64,000 nucleotides of DNA. It comes from a virus. Every line of letters begins with the position of its first letter. Position 1 is the stretch's first letter. The notes under the pieces were generated by a model. The model was given only the letters and a program-made list of their open reading frames with translations. It was not told the DNA's origin and did no database searches. Positions 26,589-35,422 of this stretch are shown here, piece by piece. The stretch spans positions 1-64,000 of the IMG/VR virus record IMGVR_UViG_3300003323_000257; one strand, given 5' to 3'. The translations under genes and the position numbers were made by a program.

Positions 26589-26798
26589 GTGATTGTAATA
26601 TGGTTATATGTTGTACCTGCTGTGATAATGTTGATTGGAATGTGTTCAGCATATTTTCGTGGCGAGTATCAAACATGGAGCTGGCCTTGGGCATTCGTAC
26701 CTATCTATAACCTTATCATCTCCGTATTGGCGCTTCTTGGTATCGTGCTGACATTGGTGACCGATCCAAAATATTTCTTCAAGAGGTGGCCTAAATGA
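26589..26798 (+). CDS. membrane protein
   Basis: Two hydrophobic segments; RBS AAGGAG. Confidence 0.7.
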   Translation: MIVIWLYVVPAVIMLIGMCSAYFRGEYQTWSWPWAFVPIYNLIISVLALLGIVLTLVTDPKYFFKRWPK

Positions 26799-27013
26799 TT
26801 GCTTCAGTACCCGAACTGATGACCAAGCCTCGAATTACCATAAGCTTTCGGCTTAACGATAGGTGCATAATATGGCATTGCAGGACCGCGCGTTTTAGTC
26901 TTGGCGATTGGGGACCAAGTGAATTTACAGGAGTTGGAATAACGCCTAAAGCCGCATGGGATGACCTTATGCTACGCTTACAAGTATCAATTGGCCACTG
27001 GAGCTTTGTATGA
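26795..27013 (+). CDS. hypothetical protein (KPR..W.C..G.G.TP family)
   Basis: KPRI...WHC...GVGITPKAAW. Confidence 0.65.
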   Translation: MIASVPELMTKPRITISFRLNDRCIIWHCRTARFSLGDWGPSEFTGVGITPKAAWDDLMLRLQVSIGHWSFV

Positions 27014-27297
27014 GCCTTCACAGCAGATTACCTAAACCTTACGGCGGTTGTTTCAATCCGCGCACAATACGAAGTAAACTAGAACACCAACTCGATGAAT
27101 TCACGCCAGAGAAATTACCAGAACCGTTCGGCCGGCCGAGATTTCGAAAGCGTAATAGATCGTGGAGATGTGAATTGCCTTGTCAGCTAAGCAGATTTGA
27201 TTCCGTTATCCCGGTGATTATTGTTGGTACTGGGAGTTCACCAAAGGAAGCTTGGTTAATGTTGGTAGCAGATATTCTTAATCAGAGGATCGTATGA
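27010..27297 (+). CDS. hypothetical protein (same family)
   Basis: RPRF...WRC...GTGSSPKEAW. Confidence 0.65.
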   Translation: MSLHSRLPKPYGGCFNPRTIRSKLEHQLDEFTPEKLPEPFGRPRFRKRNRSWRCELPCQLSRFDSVIPVIIVGTGSSPKEAWLMLVADILNQRIV

Positions 27298-27319
27298 GAC
27301 CCAGAAAAATCTTGACCTT

Positions 27320-27622
27320 GTGTGGGTTCTTACCATGACCGACAAAGCAGACAATGACAAGGTGAGGACTTTCTTTCATGCCGTAATGCACGCGAAGCAG
27401 GAGAACAACTACGATACAGTAAATCGGTTGATCAACGAGTTAGTGCCATCTCAGGAAACCTCTTGGGTGTCGATAGCTTATCTGCGCGGTTCCTCCTCAA
27501 TCAAGACCAAGATCATAAAATGGGACGAAGTGTTTCGCACCGTCGAAGTCTTGCTAACCGACAGAGGAGAGAACGCCTGGACCTTGCTGCGTGGCCTACA
27601 CAAACTATTGGAGATCGAATGA
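27320..27622 (+). CDS. hypothetical protein
   Basis: ORF in run; start uncertain. Confidence 0.65.
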   Translation: MWVLTMTDKADNDKVRTFFHAVMHAKQENNYDTVNRLINELVPSQETSWVSIAYLRGSSSIKTKIIKWDEVFRTVEVLLTDRGENAWTLLRGLHKLLEIE

Positions 27623-27870
27623 TTGAATACCTGAAGGTTGGCCTAGCCTTATGGGCCACGAAGTTCTTGGTGGCCTTAGCCATCTTCCTGCTGATCGTAT
27701 TAGTCGGCGTACTCGCTGGTCTATGGACCGTATTTAAGCAGTGGCGATGCCTTCATGCCAACAAGTTCGAGAACATGCAGTGTGACTACATTTGCCGTGA
27801 CTGTGGCAAGAATCTAGGCTTCGTAGGATCCTACGAGAAACGAAAACGAAAGGTAGAATATGACGCTTGA
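27619..27870 (+). CDS. membrane protein with C-terminal Zn finger
   Basis: TM helix then CLH...CRDC. Confidence 0.65.
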   Translation: MIEYLKVGLALWATKFLVALAIFLLIVLVGVLAGLWTVFKQWRCLHANKFENMQCDYICRDCGKNLGFVGSYEKRKRKVEYDA

Positions 27871-28186
27871 TGAAAAACAGATTGACGAAATTTGGGAAGA
27901 ACTCGGTGGCCTTGATCAGTGGATGAAAACTTTTGGCTACCAGCAGTTTGCTCGCCGAATTGAGGAGCAGCTTAATAAGTCCACGGTACCTACCGTTACT
28001 ATGGATGGTCACCAATTGAAGGAAGCTCTTGAATTTATCAACCCAGACGATACGACGGAACCTGATCAACTGGATGACGAACTAACGTTTGGCGTGGTTA
28101 AACACATCGACGATGATGGTAAGGTCTCCAATGGCTTGTGCTGCTGGAATGACGATACCGATGGCGTCTATCCATTACACACCTGA
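27860..28186 (+). CDS. hypothetical protein
   Basis: RBS AAGG. Confidence 0.7.
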   Translation: MTLDEKQIDEIWEELGGLDQWMKTFGYQQFARRIEEQLNKSTVPTVTMDGHQLKEALEFINPDDTTEPDQLDDELTFGVVKHIDDDGKVSNGLCCWNDDTDGVYPLHT

Positions 28187-28193
28187 GGCCCTG

Positions 28194-29069
28194 ATGAATA
28201 CCTATGAAAAGGATTTACCTCCTGAGGTGGTGAAGGCAGCCAAGACTTTAACCGAGTGGGCCGCTAATGCTAACCTGAAACACTGGCGTGTTCTTGGCGT
28301 GCAGGGTGCCTACTCAGTGGACCATGGTTACTTTCAGAATCCAAACTATAAAATCGAAGACTACTCTGTCGACCAATGGTGGATTAAATCTCTGGAAGAA
28401 TTGTGGGCTCACCGCAAAGTTAGTGACGATACGTACAGGGCGGCACGCGTGGCTCTAAACTTTTCTCACCTTGTGTTGAATCCCAAATCACCTCAAAGAT
28501 ATATCGCCCCATCGGAAGTTATCATCATGGGACGCGCCTGGGATGGCAAGACTGCCGACATTGAACTTCCTATCTTTGGCGATGGCTCTTCCCAAGGCCG
28601 ACGTTTGTTTGTCGTGGCCCTGCCAAAACCTGTGGAGCAACCTGACGAGTCAAAGCCTCATTTCTACTGCAGGCCTTGCCATTCATACGAACGTCCTTCG
28701 CCAATATGCTGGAAGTGTGGTGCAGACTGCAAACTGGTCAACACAGAGGAATGGCCGTTGCTCAAGAATCCTGACGTTGAACTGATCAAGGAGCTGGCCC
28801 GTCAAGTAGGATACTGCGTGGCTGAACACGGCTCAAAACAAACCGATATAGATTTGGTTGCTATTCCATGGACGGAAGATGCAGTGTCTCCAGTGGATCT
28901 GTGCTTCCATCTTCAAAACGGATTGCTAAACGATAATGGGCAGGCGCGCTTGTTCCCGTTTGAAAAGAAACCACTCGGCAGATTGGCAACAAACATCCAA
29001 GTAAATGGATGGTATAAGCTAATCGATCTTTCCATCACTCCAAGGGTAAAAGATGATTCCCAAATCTGA
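28194..29069 (+). CDS. multidomain protein: Zn ribbon + C-terminal nucleotidyltransferase-like domain
   Basis: CRPC...CWKC; VAEHGSKQTDIDLVAIPW...KPLGR...IDLSITP. Confidence 0.55.
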   Translation: MNTYEKDLPPEVVKAAKTLTEWAANANLKHWRVLGVQGAYSVDHGYFQNPNYKIEDYSVDQWWIKSLEELWAHRKVSDDTYRAARVALNFSHLVLNPKSPQRYIAPSEVIIMGRAWDGKTADIELPIFGDGSSQGRRLFVVALPKPVEQPDESKPHFYCRPCHSYERPSPICWKCGADCKLVNTEEWPLLKNPDVELIKELARQVGYCVAEHGSKQTDIDLVAIPWTEDAVSPVDLCFHLQNGLLNDNGQARLFPFEKKPLGRLATNIQVNGWYKLIDLSITPRVKDDSQI

Positions 29070-29397
29070 AATGAAGGACCAGCAGTGGTACTGGGGTAAC
29101 GGATATAAATCTAACGTAGGTCAATGGGACGCAACGAATAAATTGTTCTTATTCGGCGTCCCCTCTCCTATTAAAAATCAACCTCCTATGTATATGCGGG
29201 AATTCCATGTACAGGACGAACATGACGGTTGTGTCGGCAAATGTTTTACGCCACTCCTGGAGATTGCCGGACCTAAAGGTGTATGGGAGCCTAAGCAAAG
29301 CATCGACCTTGAAATCAACATGGCTACCATACTAGGAGAGCCGCACCAGCACCTACCTGATAAGGTACAATCATTGTTAGGTGATATAAATGACTGA
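29053..29397 (+). CDS. hypothetical protein
   Basis: ORF in run. Confidence 0.65.
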   Translation: MIPKSEMKDQQWYWGNGYKSNVGQWDATNKLFLFGVPSPIKNQPPMYMREFHVQDEHDGCVGKCFTPLLEIAGPKGVWEPKQSIDLEINMATILGEPHQHLPDKVQSLLGDIND

Positions 29398-29623
29398 TGA
29401 CGAAATCATTAGACACTTCCACGATAACGGGGTTACTGTCATCAAGGACGAACTCATGGTCAGCGTAGGCCGCGCCATTGTGAACGCAAAGGTGGAGGAA
29501 ATGAACAATACCGCAGCGCGTCTGATGGCATTGCTGACTTCACACGAAAACATTAACGAGTTACTTAATCGATTGGAAGAAGGAATCAAAGATGGAAACG
29601 AAGATCACCGATATCAGGGTTGA
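29390..29623 (+). CDS. hypothetical protein
   Basis: ORF in run. Confidence 0.65.
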   Translation: MTDDEIIRHFHDNGVTVIKDELMVSVGRAIVNAKVEEMNNTAARLMALLTSHENINELLNRLEEGIKDGNEDHRYQG

Positions 29624-30629
29624 GATTGGCGAGCACAACGTATCTATAGAGCAATTGGTCCAAGCCTATCAAGGAAGTCTACATAGTATTCCCGCTGAAG
29701 CATCAAAGTGCTACGCAATGTACAAGACCAACGAAGGTCCTGAATACATGGTTTCTGCTATGTGGCATCCTGATACCGTACCAGGTCAAGGAGAACGTTT
29801 GGTGCCTGGCTTCTTCATTCCTGACTCAGTGGTAAAAATCCCATCTCTCGACGAAGTAGTAGAGGATCTTATAGATTACGTAGAGGATAAATATTCAGTT
29901 TCGGATGCCATGAAGACTTATCTCTCCTCTGGTTTTCGTTCTGCTTTGAAAAAGAATCTGCCTCGTATTGATGAATGGAAGCATGCACTGCGAGAAGCCT
30001 GTCACCGAACAGGTATGGAAGAATTCTTCGTTGATAACGATCCTGCGCAGACCATCAAGAATCTGGAAGCATGGCACGAGCATATGGCAAATCCTGTTGA
30101 TAGCTCACGTTTTCAGTCCACCTCAGAACCTGAATCAGGAGAATTGTATCAACACGTAGACGGTGGTATCTACCGATTCGTTATCATGACCAAGGATGTT
30201 GAAGATCAATCCCCTCGTGCAGTATATGAACACCTGTGGCCTTTTGAGACCGCAGTCTGGGACCGTCCATTTGATGAGTGGCGCAAAAAGTTTAGGAAGA
30301 TTCTACCAGAGGTGCTAGTGGAAGCCACCAAGGAAGACCGTGAAAAAGCTCAAAAGAAGGTAACAGAGGCAAAATCTAGACGGCGCATGCAAGAGGCTTT
30401 GGCTTCCACTGAAGTTCTTTGTACGCTTGAAAATAAACCTGTGTTTGAAGGTTCTGTTCTGTACGGTGATAACGGTCGAAAGTTCACGGTCTGTAGAGGA
30501 CAGGGTAGATATCCGCTGTCCTTAAACCCTAATGATGGAAGTGCTGTCCGTTACTTTGCGAAACCTTATCACGATAATGGACAGCAGGCATTATATTGGG
30601 AAGATCCAACCTTAGGGAAAATAAAATGA
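29592..30629 (+). CDS. multidomain protein containing DUF1653-like domain
   Basis: GELYQHVDGGIYR...VYEHL...WDRPFDEW. Confidence 0.65.
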   Translation: METKITDIRVEIGEHNVSIEQLVQAYQGSLHSIPAEASKCYAMYKTNEGPEYMVSAMWHPDTVPGQGERLVPGFFIPDSVVKIPSLDEVVEDLIDYVEDKYSVSDAMKTYLSSGFRSALKKNLPRIDEWKHALREACHRTGMEEFFVDNDPAQTIKNLEAWHEHMANPVDSSRFQSTSEPESGELYQHVDGGIYRFVIMTKDVEDQSPRAVYEHLWPFETAVWDRPFDEWRKKFRKILPEVLVEATKEDREKAQKKVTEAKSRRRMQEALASTEVLCTLENKPVFEGSVLYGDNGRKFTVCRGQGRYPLSLNPNDGSAVRYFAKPYHDNGQQALYWEDPTLGKIK

Positions 30630-30892
30630 GCACATGGTACGCTGCTGACTTTGAAGGTGCTCCGCCTACTATGTCCTCTGGTGATCCGACTTTGCGTAAA
30701 GCCTTGGATCATTTCCTTAAGAATTCTACGGATCAAACCCAGATCACAGAGGACGCATGTAAACCAGGTCCCGATCTCAGCGATCCAAAACAGAACAAAC
30801 GTGACCGTTCTGGAAGTAAGAAGCGCACGTATAAAAACGAGAATCGCAAGAAAGCCAAAGCTGCGCGTAAGGCTAGAAAGGCTAATCGATGA
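30626..30892 (+). CDS. small protein with basic C-terminal tail
   Basis: ...[16 protein letters not shown]. Confidence 0.7.
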   Translation: MSTWYAADFEGAPPTMSSGDPTLRKALDHFLKNSTDQTQITEDACKPGPDLSDPKQNKRDRSGSKKRTYKNENRKKAKAARKARKANR

Positions 30893-31326
30893 ATCATTCT
30901 TGTGGTTACAATGTTGATCCATACTGTGAGGTTTGTAAAGGCGAAGGTACGGTAGATGAAAATCTTCCAATTAAGAGCGACCTGGCAATTGATGGTAGCC
31001 AGTTAGTACAGGGGCCGGCTTGGACGATAGAGCTTTCGCAACCTGAAGGTCAACTAAATGGTATCTATACAGTCTCAACTAGAGACTGGACTAGACCTCC
31101 AGTTGCCGGTGATAGGCTATTGGTTACAAAACAAACTGATCCAAGACTGGATGGAGTCTACGTGATAGGCAGAGGAGACGGTAATTACATATCAGAGCTA
31201 AAGCTTACCGAGGCAAAGCGTTACTCACCAACTCGCAATCGTTCTGGTAACTCCAGCACATCAAAAGACAAGAACCGCAGGAAAGCCAAGGCAGCTCGTA
31301 AAGCCAGAAAGGTATCAAGAAAATGA
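30889..31326 (+). CDS. protein with Zn knuckle and same basic tail
   Basis: CEVCKGEG; ...[17 protein letters not shown]. Confidence 0.7.
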   Translation: MNHSCGYNVDPYCEVCKGEGTVDENLPIKSDLAIDGSQLVQGPAWTIELSQPEGQLNGIYTVSTRDWTRPPVAGDRLLVTKQTDPRLDGVYVIGRGDGNYISELKLTEAKRYSPTRNRSGNSSTSKDKNRRKAKAARKARKVSRK

Positions 31327-31763
31327 CACACGTAACAGCATGCGCAGTAGTGGTAGTGGCAAGACGGCGCGAAATGAATCAGGTGCTACTCGGTAAGCGC
31401 AAGAAAGAAGAAGGCTTCGGCCTGTGGTCGCTACCAGGTGGCAAAATGGATGAAGGTGAAACGCCTAATCAAGCCGTCCGAAGGGAAGCCCTTGAGGAGG
31501 TTAATTTGCAACTGGTCGATCCTCTTCCAGTCTATTTTGAGTTTAATAAGGAAGACCCTAACTACCAATATCTGATGCTCTATTGGATCGATTACATTGA
31601 CGATACCAAACACGATATCAAAATCAAAGCCGATCACGAATTTAGTGAACTGCGTTGGTTCGATATGGAGTGCCTACCTGAAGAAATGTGGGCGTCCGAC
31701 CGTCGCGCAATTCAGCGTGCCGTGGAATACAACTATGACCATATCGGCTCTAATCTACCTTAG
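31323..31763 (+). CDS. NUDIX hydrolase
   Basis: Nudix box [24 protein letters not shown]. Confidence 0.9.
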   Translation: MTHVTACAVVVVARRREMNQVLLGKRKKEEGFGLWSLPGGKMDEGETPNQAVRREALEEVNLQLVDPLPVYFEFNKEDPNYQYLMLYWIDYIDDTKHDIKIKADHEFSELRWFDMECLPEEMWASDRRAIQRAVEYNYDHIGSNLP

Positions 31764-31775
31764 GATGCGGAGATC

Positions 31776-32150
31776 ATGACTGAAGACCAAATAGCGTTGT
31801 TGAAGATGGCGGTGGCCTCGATGCATCGTGAGATACAAGAGGTAACATCCGAGGGTCTCATAATAAAGCAATTGACAGGCGGAGGTGGTCCAGAAACACC
31901 AGTATTATTCAACTCCTGGGTTTCCATTGAAGATGCTATGGCGCTGGCTATCTACCACAAGATGGACATCGGCCACGAGCACCATCCTGTTGGACGAACA
32001 GCCATAACAATCAACATCAGAAACAACGGTGGGCTAATTTACACAGCCTTGCAATCAACTGAGAAAATGAGCGAACACCGGGCGATCTGCAAGGCTGTTA
32101 CTGAAGCTGCTGTTTGGTGTGGACGCCGATTTAAAGGACCTAACGAATGA
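31776..32150 (+). CDS. hypothetical phage protein
   Basis: FNSW...DAMALAI...RAICKAVTEAA pattern. Confidence 0.7.
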   Translation: MTEDQIALLKMAVASMHREIQEVTSEGLIIKQLTGGGGPETPVLFNSWVSIEDAMALAIYHKMDIGHEHHPVGRTAITINIRNNGGLIYTALQSTEKMSEHRAICKAVTEAAVWCGRRFKGPNE

Positions 32151-32722
32151 CTCAATCAAAACGATTAACCTCAATTAGCAAATTCATGAGTTACGTGCTG
32201 AGGCACAAACCAGAATCTGTAGGCCTAAAGTTATCTCCAACTGGATGGGCAGATATCGATGAATTGGTAAAATGCGGTAACCAATCTGTTGTACATGGAC
32301 AAACGTTCACCAAAGAGGACGTATTGGAAGTGGTACGCACGTGTGAAAAGCAACGCTATGCCTTGTCAGAAGACGGTTTGCTTATTCGTGCCAACCAAGG
32401 GCACTCCACAGACGCCGTGGTTCTTGATCTTCCTATCGTTGTTCCTCCTGGCAGGCTTTACCATGGAACTGCTCTTCACCACTATGCCACAATATTGATT
32501 GAAGGCATCCGTTGCATGAATCGGCACCACGTTCACCTTAGTTCTGATTACGATACTGCTCTTCAGGTAGGCCAGCGTCACGGAGAACCATGCGTATTGG
32601 CTATCAATACTGCACGTATGGCCGCAGATGGTGTACTGTTCATGAAATCAGCTAACAGTGTATGGCTAACTGAATATGTCGATCCAAAATACATTCTAAA
32701 ACCAATAAAGGAAAACGCATGA
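32147..32722 (+). CDS. kptA: RNA 2'-phosphotransferase (Tpt1/KptA)
   Basis: SKFMSYVLRHKP, KQRY, IRANQGHS, LYHGT, RHHVHLS, VWLT motifs. Confidence 0.93.
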   Translation: MTQSKRLTSISKFMSYVLRHKPESVGLKLSPTGWADIDELVKCGNQSVVHGQTFTKEDVLEVVRTCEKQRYALSEDGLLIRANQGHSTDAVVLDLPIVVPPGRLYHGTALHHYATILIEGIRCMNRHHVHLSSDYDTALQVGQRHGEPCVLAINTARMAADGVLFMKSANSVWLTEYVDPKYILKPIKENA

Positions 32723-33219
32723 TTACAATCTACAATGATATGGACGGGGTCTATGTGGACTTTGATGCCTTCATCGACAACGAGTTAAGCCTCGGTGCTC
32801 GCAAAGACGACGCCAGAATGTGGAAGGAACTACAGGCGATACCGAACGTTTATCAAAAGATGAAGCCGACTCCATATGCTCGCAAACTGTGGAAAGCAGT
32901 AATGGGCACTGGACTGCGACGTAAGATGCTGACAGCGATTCCTCGCGTTACTTCCATCCCTAGTGCGGAAGAAGACAAACGTAATTGGGTGGCCTTCCAT
33001 AAAGATTCAGTATTCTGCGGCGAAACTCCAGAAGTTTTGATCGGCCCTTACTCCAGAGATAAATGGCGTCATTGCGAACCTGGAGACATCCTGATCGATG
33101 ATCGTGCGGACAACTGCGCTGCGTGGACCACAGCAGGTGGGTTCTCCATTCTGCATGAAGGTGATGTTGATAAGACTATCGAACGCCTAAACTTTTTGGT
33201 CAAACACATAGTAGGATAG
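32719..33219 (+). CDS. 5'(3')-deoxyribonucleotidase, HAD family
   Basis: DMDGVYVDF, LTA, DK.W, LIDDRADNC..W. Confidence 0.85.
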   Translation: MITIYNDMDGVYVDFDAFIDNELSLGARKDDARMWKELQAIPNVYQKMKPTPYARKLWKAVMGTGLRRKMLTAIPRVTSIPSAEEDKRNWVAFHKDSVFCGETPEVLIGPYSRDKWRHCEPGDILIDDRADNCAAWTTAGGFSILHEGDVDKTIERLNFLVKHIVG

Positions 33220-33222
33220 AAC

Positions 33223-33254
33223 AAGAGGAGCTACATAGTGTAGCTCCTCTTTTC
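33223..33254 (+). terminator. intrinsic terminator
   Basis: agaggagctac-atagt-gtagctcctct then tttc. Confidence 0.8.
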
Positions 33255-33261
33255 GTTTGCA

Positions 33262-33270
33262 CAGTAAATA
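33262..33270 (+). promoter_or_regulatory. putative late promoter variant CAGTAAATA
   Basis: Right after terminator, before RBS AAGGAGG. Confidence 0.55.
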
Positions 33271-33342
33271 TGATGTGAAAGGAGGATGTATGACAGCACT
33301 TGAAATATTGGAATCAGCCTATTGTTTGCGGAGATTTCCTAC

Positions 33343-33591
33343 ATGATCCTTTACTACTCGTACTATAATTCCAAACAACAGGTTGCTGTGGAGCGATTGC
33401 TAGAGGACCTCGGCTTTTCGTGCCCAGTAGAAAATAATGTTCGTATGCTGATGGAAATGTCCAAAGGTAAGGCTAATCCGGTGCATGGTTTTGTATTCGT
33501 CCCTCCAGAGAGCCTACCGTTTGATCGCCCTATTACATCAGCCTGGGATTTCTTTGAATGGGTAAAACTTCACGGACTGGTGCCAACCTAA
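33343..33591 (+). CDS. hypothetical protein
   Basis: ATG overlaps stop of 18-aa upstream ORF 33290-33346. Confidence 0.55.
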   Translation: MILYYSYYNSKQQVAVERLLEDLGFSCPVENNVRMLMEMSKGKANPVHGFVFVPPESLPFDRPITSAWDFFEWVKLHGLVPT

Positions 33592-33592
33592 A

Positions 33593-33865
33593 ATGCAAGT
33601 TCCAATCTTTTTATTCCTTAATGAGACCCTCGACGAAGTTGAGGCCAAGCTGCGTGCCGAAACACGTAAGCTAAACACCGACCACGAAACGATCTCGTTC
33701 ATTCTGTTCAGTCACAAAACTTCCAACACCGTGGCCAGTATGCAAGCTGCTTTGTATGATCTTCACCATCACGATTACGCGAAAGCTCTTGTTCTACTAG
33801 GCTATGCCTGGGAGCGTGTAGTAAAAGCACCTACAGGGAAAATACCACTAAGGAGCATCACATGA
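33593..33865 (+). CDS. hypothetical protein
   Basis: ORF in run. Confidence 0.65.
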   Translation: MQVPIFLFLNETLDEVEAKLRAETRKLNTDHETISFILFSHKTSNTVASMQAALYDLHHHDYAKALVLLGYAWERVVKAPTGKIPLRSIT

Positions 33866-34215
33866 ACTGGAACTATATAGGGATCGACGACGACCCGCCT
33901 AAACGAACAAAACTACTGCTGCTGTTGCCAAATCAATTCGTTACGGTAGGTACTGCAAATCATCCTAACTTGGTTGCGTGGCAGCCATTGAATTTCGACA
34001 GCGACCTTGAATGGTTGCAGCAAATATTGCGAGGACTACCTGAACTGAAGATGATCGGATGCATTCGCAAAGATCCTTTTATTCTAAATGAATTAAAGAT
34101 CGCCCTTCTGCACTACGAAGAATCTAACCTTGCTGATTTCACTGACATCATTAGAGCATTGGACAAGAAAGCTCATAATGACGGTGTCCCATGCATCCCA
34201 CATTTCCATCGATGA
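33862..34215 (+). CDS. hypothetical protein
   Basis: RBS AAGGAG. Confidence 0.7.
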   Translation: MNWNYIGIDDDPPKRTKLLLLLPNQFVTVGTANHPNLVAWQPLNFDSDLEWLQQILRGLPELKMIGCIRKDPFILNELKIALLHYEESNLADFTDIIRALDKKAHNDGVPCIPHFHR

Positions 34216-34222
34216 GATTAGT

Positions 34223-34495
34223 ATGCTATCCGATAAACAAGCCTTCTGGTTGTATCGCCATCGAGTTACATTGGCATGCGTATTTGCTACCGTAATCTGC
34301 CTAGTGGTGGTGTTACCAATAGTAGCGTTCATCTATTGGATATTTGGCGGAGAATTCCACCGCGGAGCATCATTCGGCATCTACATAATCTTTAACCTTT
34401 ATATCCTCATCGAGGTCTTCCGTATCGTGCTAAAGAAACACCAAGATATGTCAGAGAAGGCACGCCAAGAAGATGAGTTATTAAATCTTAAGTAA
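34223..34495 (+). CDS. two-TM membrane protein
   Basis: Two hydrophobic helices. Confidence 0.65.
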   Translation: MLSDKQAFWLYRHRVTLACVFATVICLVVVLPIVAFIYWIFGGEFHRGASFGIYIIFNLYILIEVFRIVLKKHQDMSEKARQEDELLNLK

Positions 34496-34498
34496 ATA
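34490..34498 (+). promoter_or_regulatory. putative late promoter variant AAGTAAATA
   Basis: Overlaps upstream stop; followed by GTTTCAAT and RBS GAGGAG. Confidence 0.5.
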
Positions 34499-34526
34499 TA
34501 GTGTTTCAATTCTCGAGGAGTAGAAG

Positions 34527-35060
34527 GTGACAATCAAGCAGGCGTACGAGGTCTACTCGCTTACAGGCGGTGGTTACAACAAGCGGCACCTCCATGGATA
34601 CGCGTGGACAAAAGCTGACGCAAAGGCGTTGGCGTTAGAGGTCTCACCTAAGCGTTATCACATAGGAGTGGTTCATCTGGTAGAAGTCAATGGGCGCTGG
34701 CATAGAGTTAATGTCCATCCAATCGATGAGGTTATCGGAAATGTAGAAGAGGCAGAGACCTCGAGAATCGAACTAGACAATCTACCTGCCCGGCCAATCC
34801 CTGGAATATGGATTCAACTCGAAACGTTTCAGCCTCAGCGTCTTGGCCTAAACATTGAGAAGGCTATTGACCTGATAGCCCTAAAATCTGAACAGCGTAC
34901 GTGTAGGCTCTATACCTTGCGCACAGGCGGATTGCTGCCTGTTACCTTTAAGATCGCAGACTTTCTAAAGTCCTCGAAACTGCAGGAGCAGATTTTCTTC
35001 TGGCTAAAGCACGAAATCGAATACCGAACATCACGAGGAGAACAAGATGACCCTGCCTGA
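34527..35060 (+). CDS. hypothetical protein
   Basis: GTG start with RBS. Confidence 0.7.
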   Translation: MTIKQAYEVYSLTGGGYNKRHLHGYAWTKADAKALALEVSPKRYHIGVVHLVEVNGRWHRVNVHPIDEVIGNVEEAETSRIELDNLPARPIPGIWIQLETFQPQRLGLNIEKAIDLIALKSEQRTCRLYTLRTGGLLPVTFKIADFLKSSKLQEQIFFWLKHEIEYRTSRGEQDDPA

Positions 35061-35262
35061 AGTACTTGATGCAATCTTTGCGACTGACCATGCAATAAGC
35101 CGTCCAGCTCTGTGTGATGATCGTAATTCGTACATCACCTACGAAGGTGAACACTTGCCGATGAAGCTGCGGCGCTTCAACATGCCGCTCCAAACCGACT
35201 GGGTACCGTCTCCGAAAGAATTGATTGCAACTGATTGGTTTGTGGTGCCTATGGGAGACTAA
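35047..35262 (+). CDS. DUF2829/Tad2-like protein
   Basis: MTLPEVLDAI...ISRP...WVPSPKELIATDW matches W.PS..D..A.DW signature. Confidence 0.5.
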   Translation: MTLPEVLDAIFATDHAISRPALCDDRNSYITYEGEHLPMKLRRFNMPLQTDWVPSPKELIATDWFVVPMGD

Positions 35263-35263
35263 C

Positions 35264-35395
35264 GTGTTGCGCAATGCCTTGATATACGTTGGGATGTTTC
35301 TTCTAGGGACAATAATACGATACCCAATCGAGCATCTTATATACGAGAAGGTCTGGCCTTTGACTATGGTTGCTAAATGGTTGGGACTTCACTGA
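35264..35395 (+). CDS. small membrane peptide (43 aa, not in ORF track)
   Basis: VLRNALIYVGMFLLGTIIRYPIEHLIYEKVWPLTMVAKWLGLH; RBS GGAG. Confidence 0.5.
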   Translation: MLRNALIYVGMFLLGTIIRYPIEHLIYEKVWPLTMVAKWLGLH

Positions 35396-35402
35396 GTAAA
35401 TA
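35394..35402 (+). promoter_or_regulatory. putative late promoter variant GAGTAAATA
   Basis: Overlaps upstream stop; RBS AAGGA follows. Confidence 0.5.
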
Positions 35403-35422
35403 GAATTTTTAAAAGGACTTAT

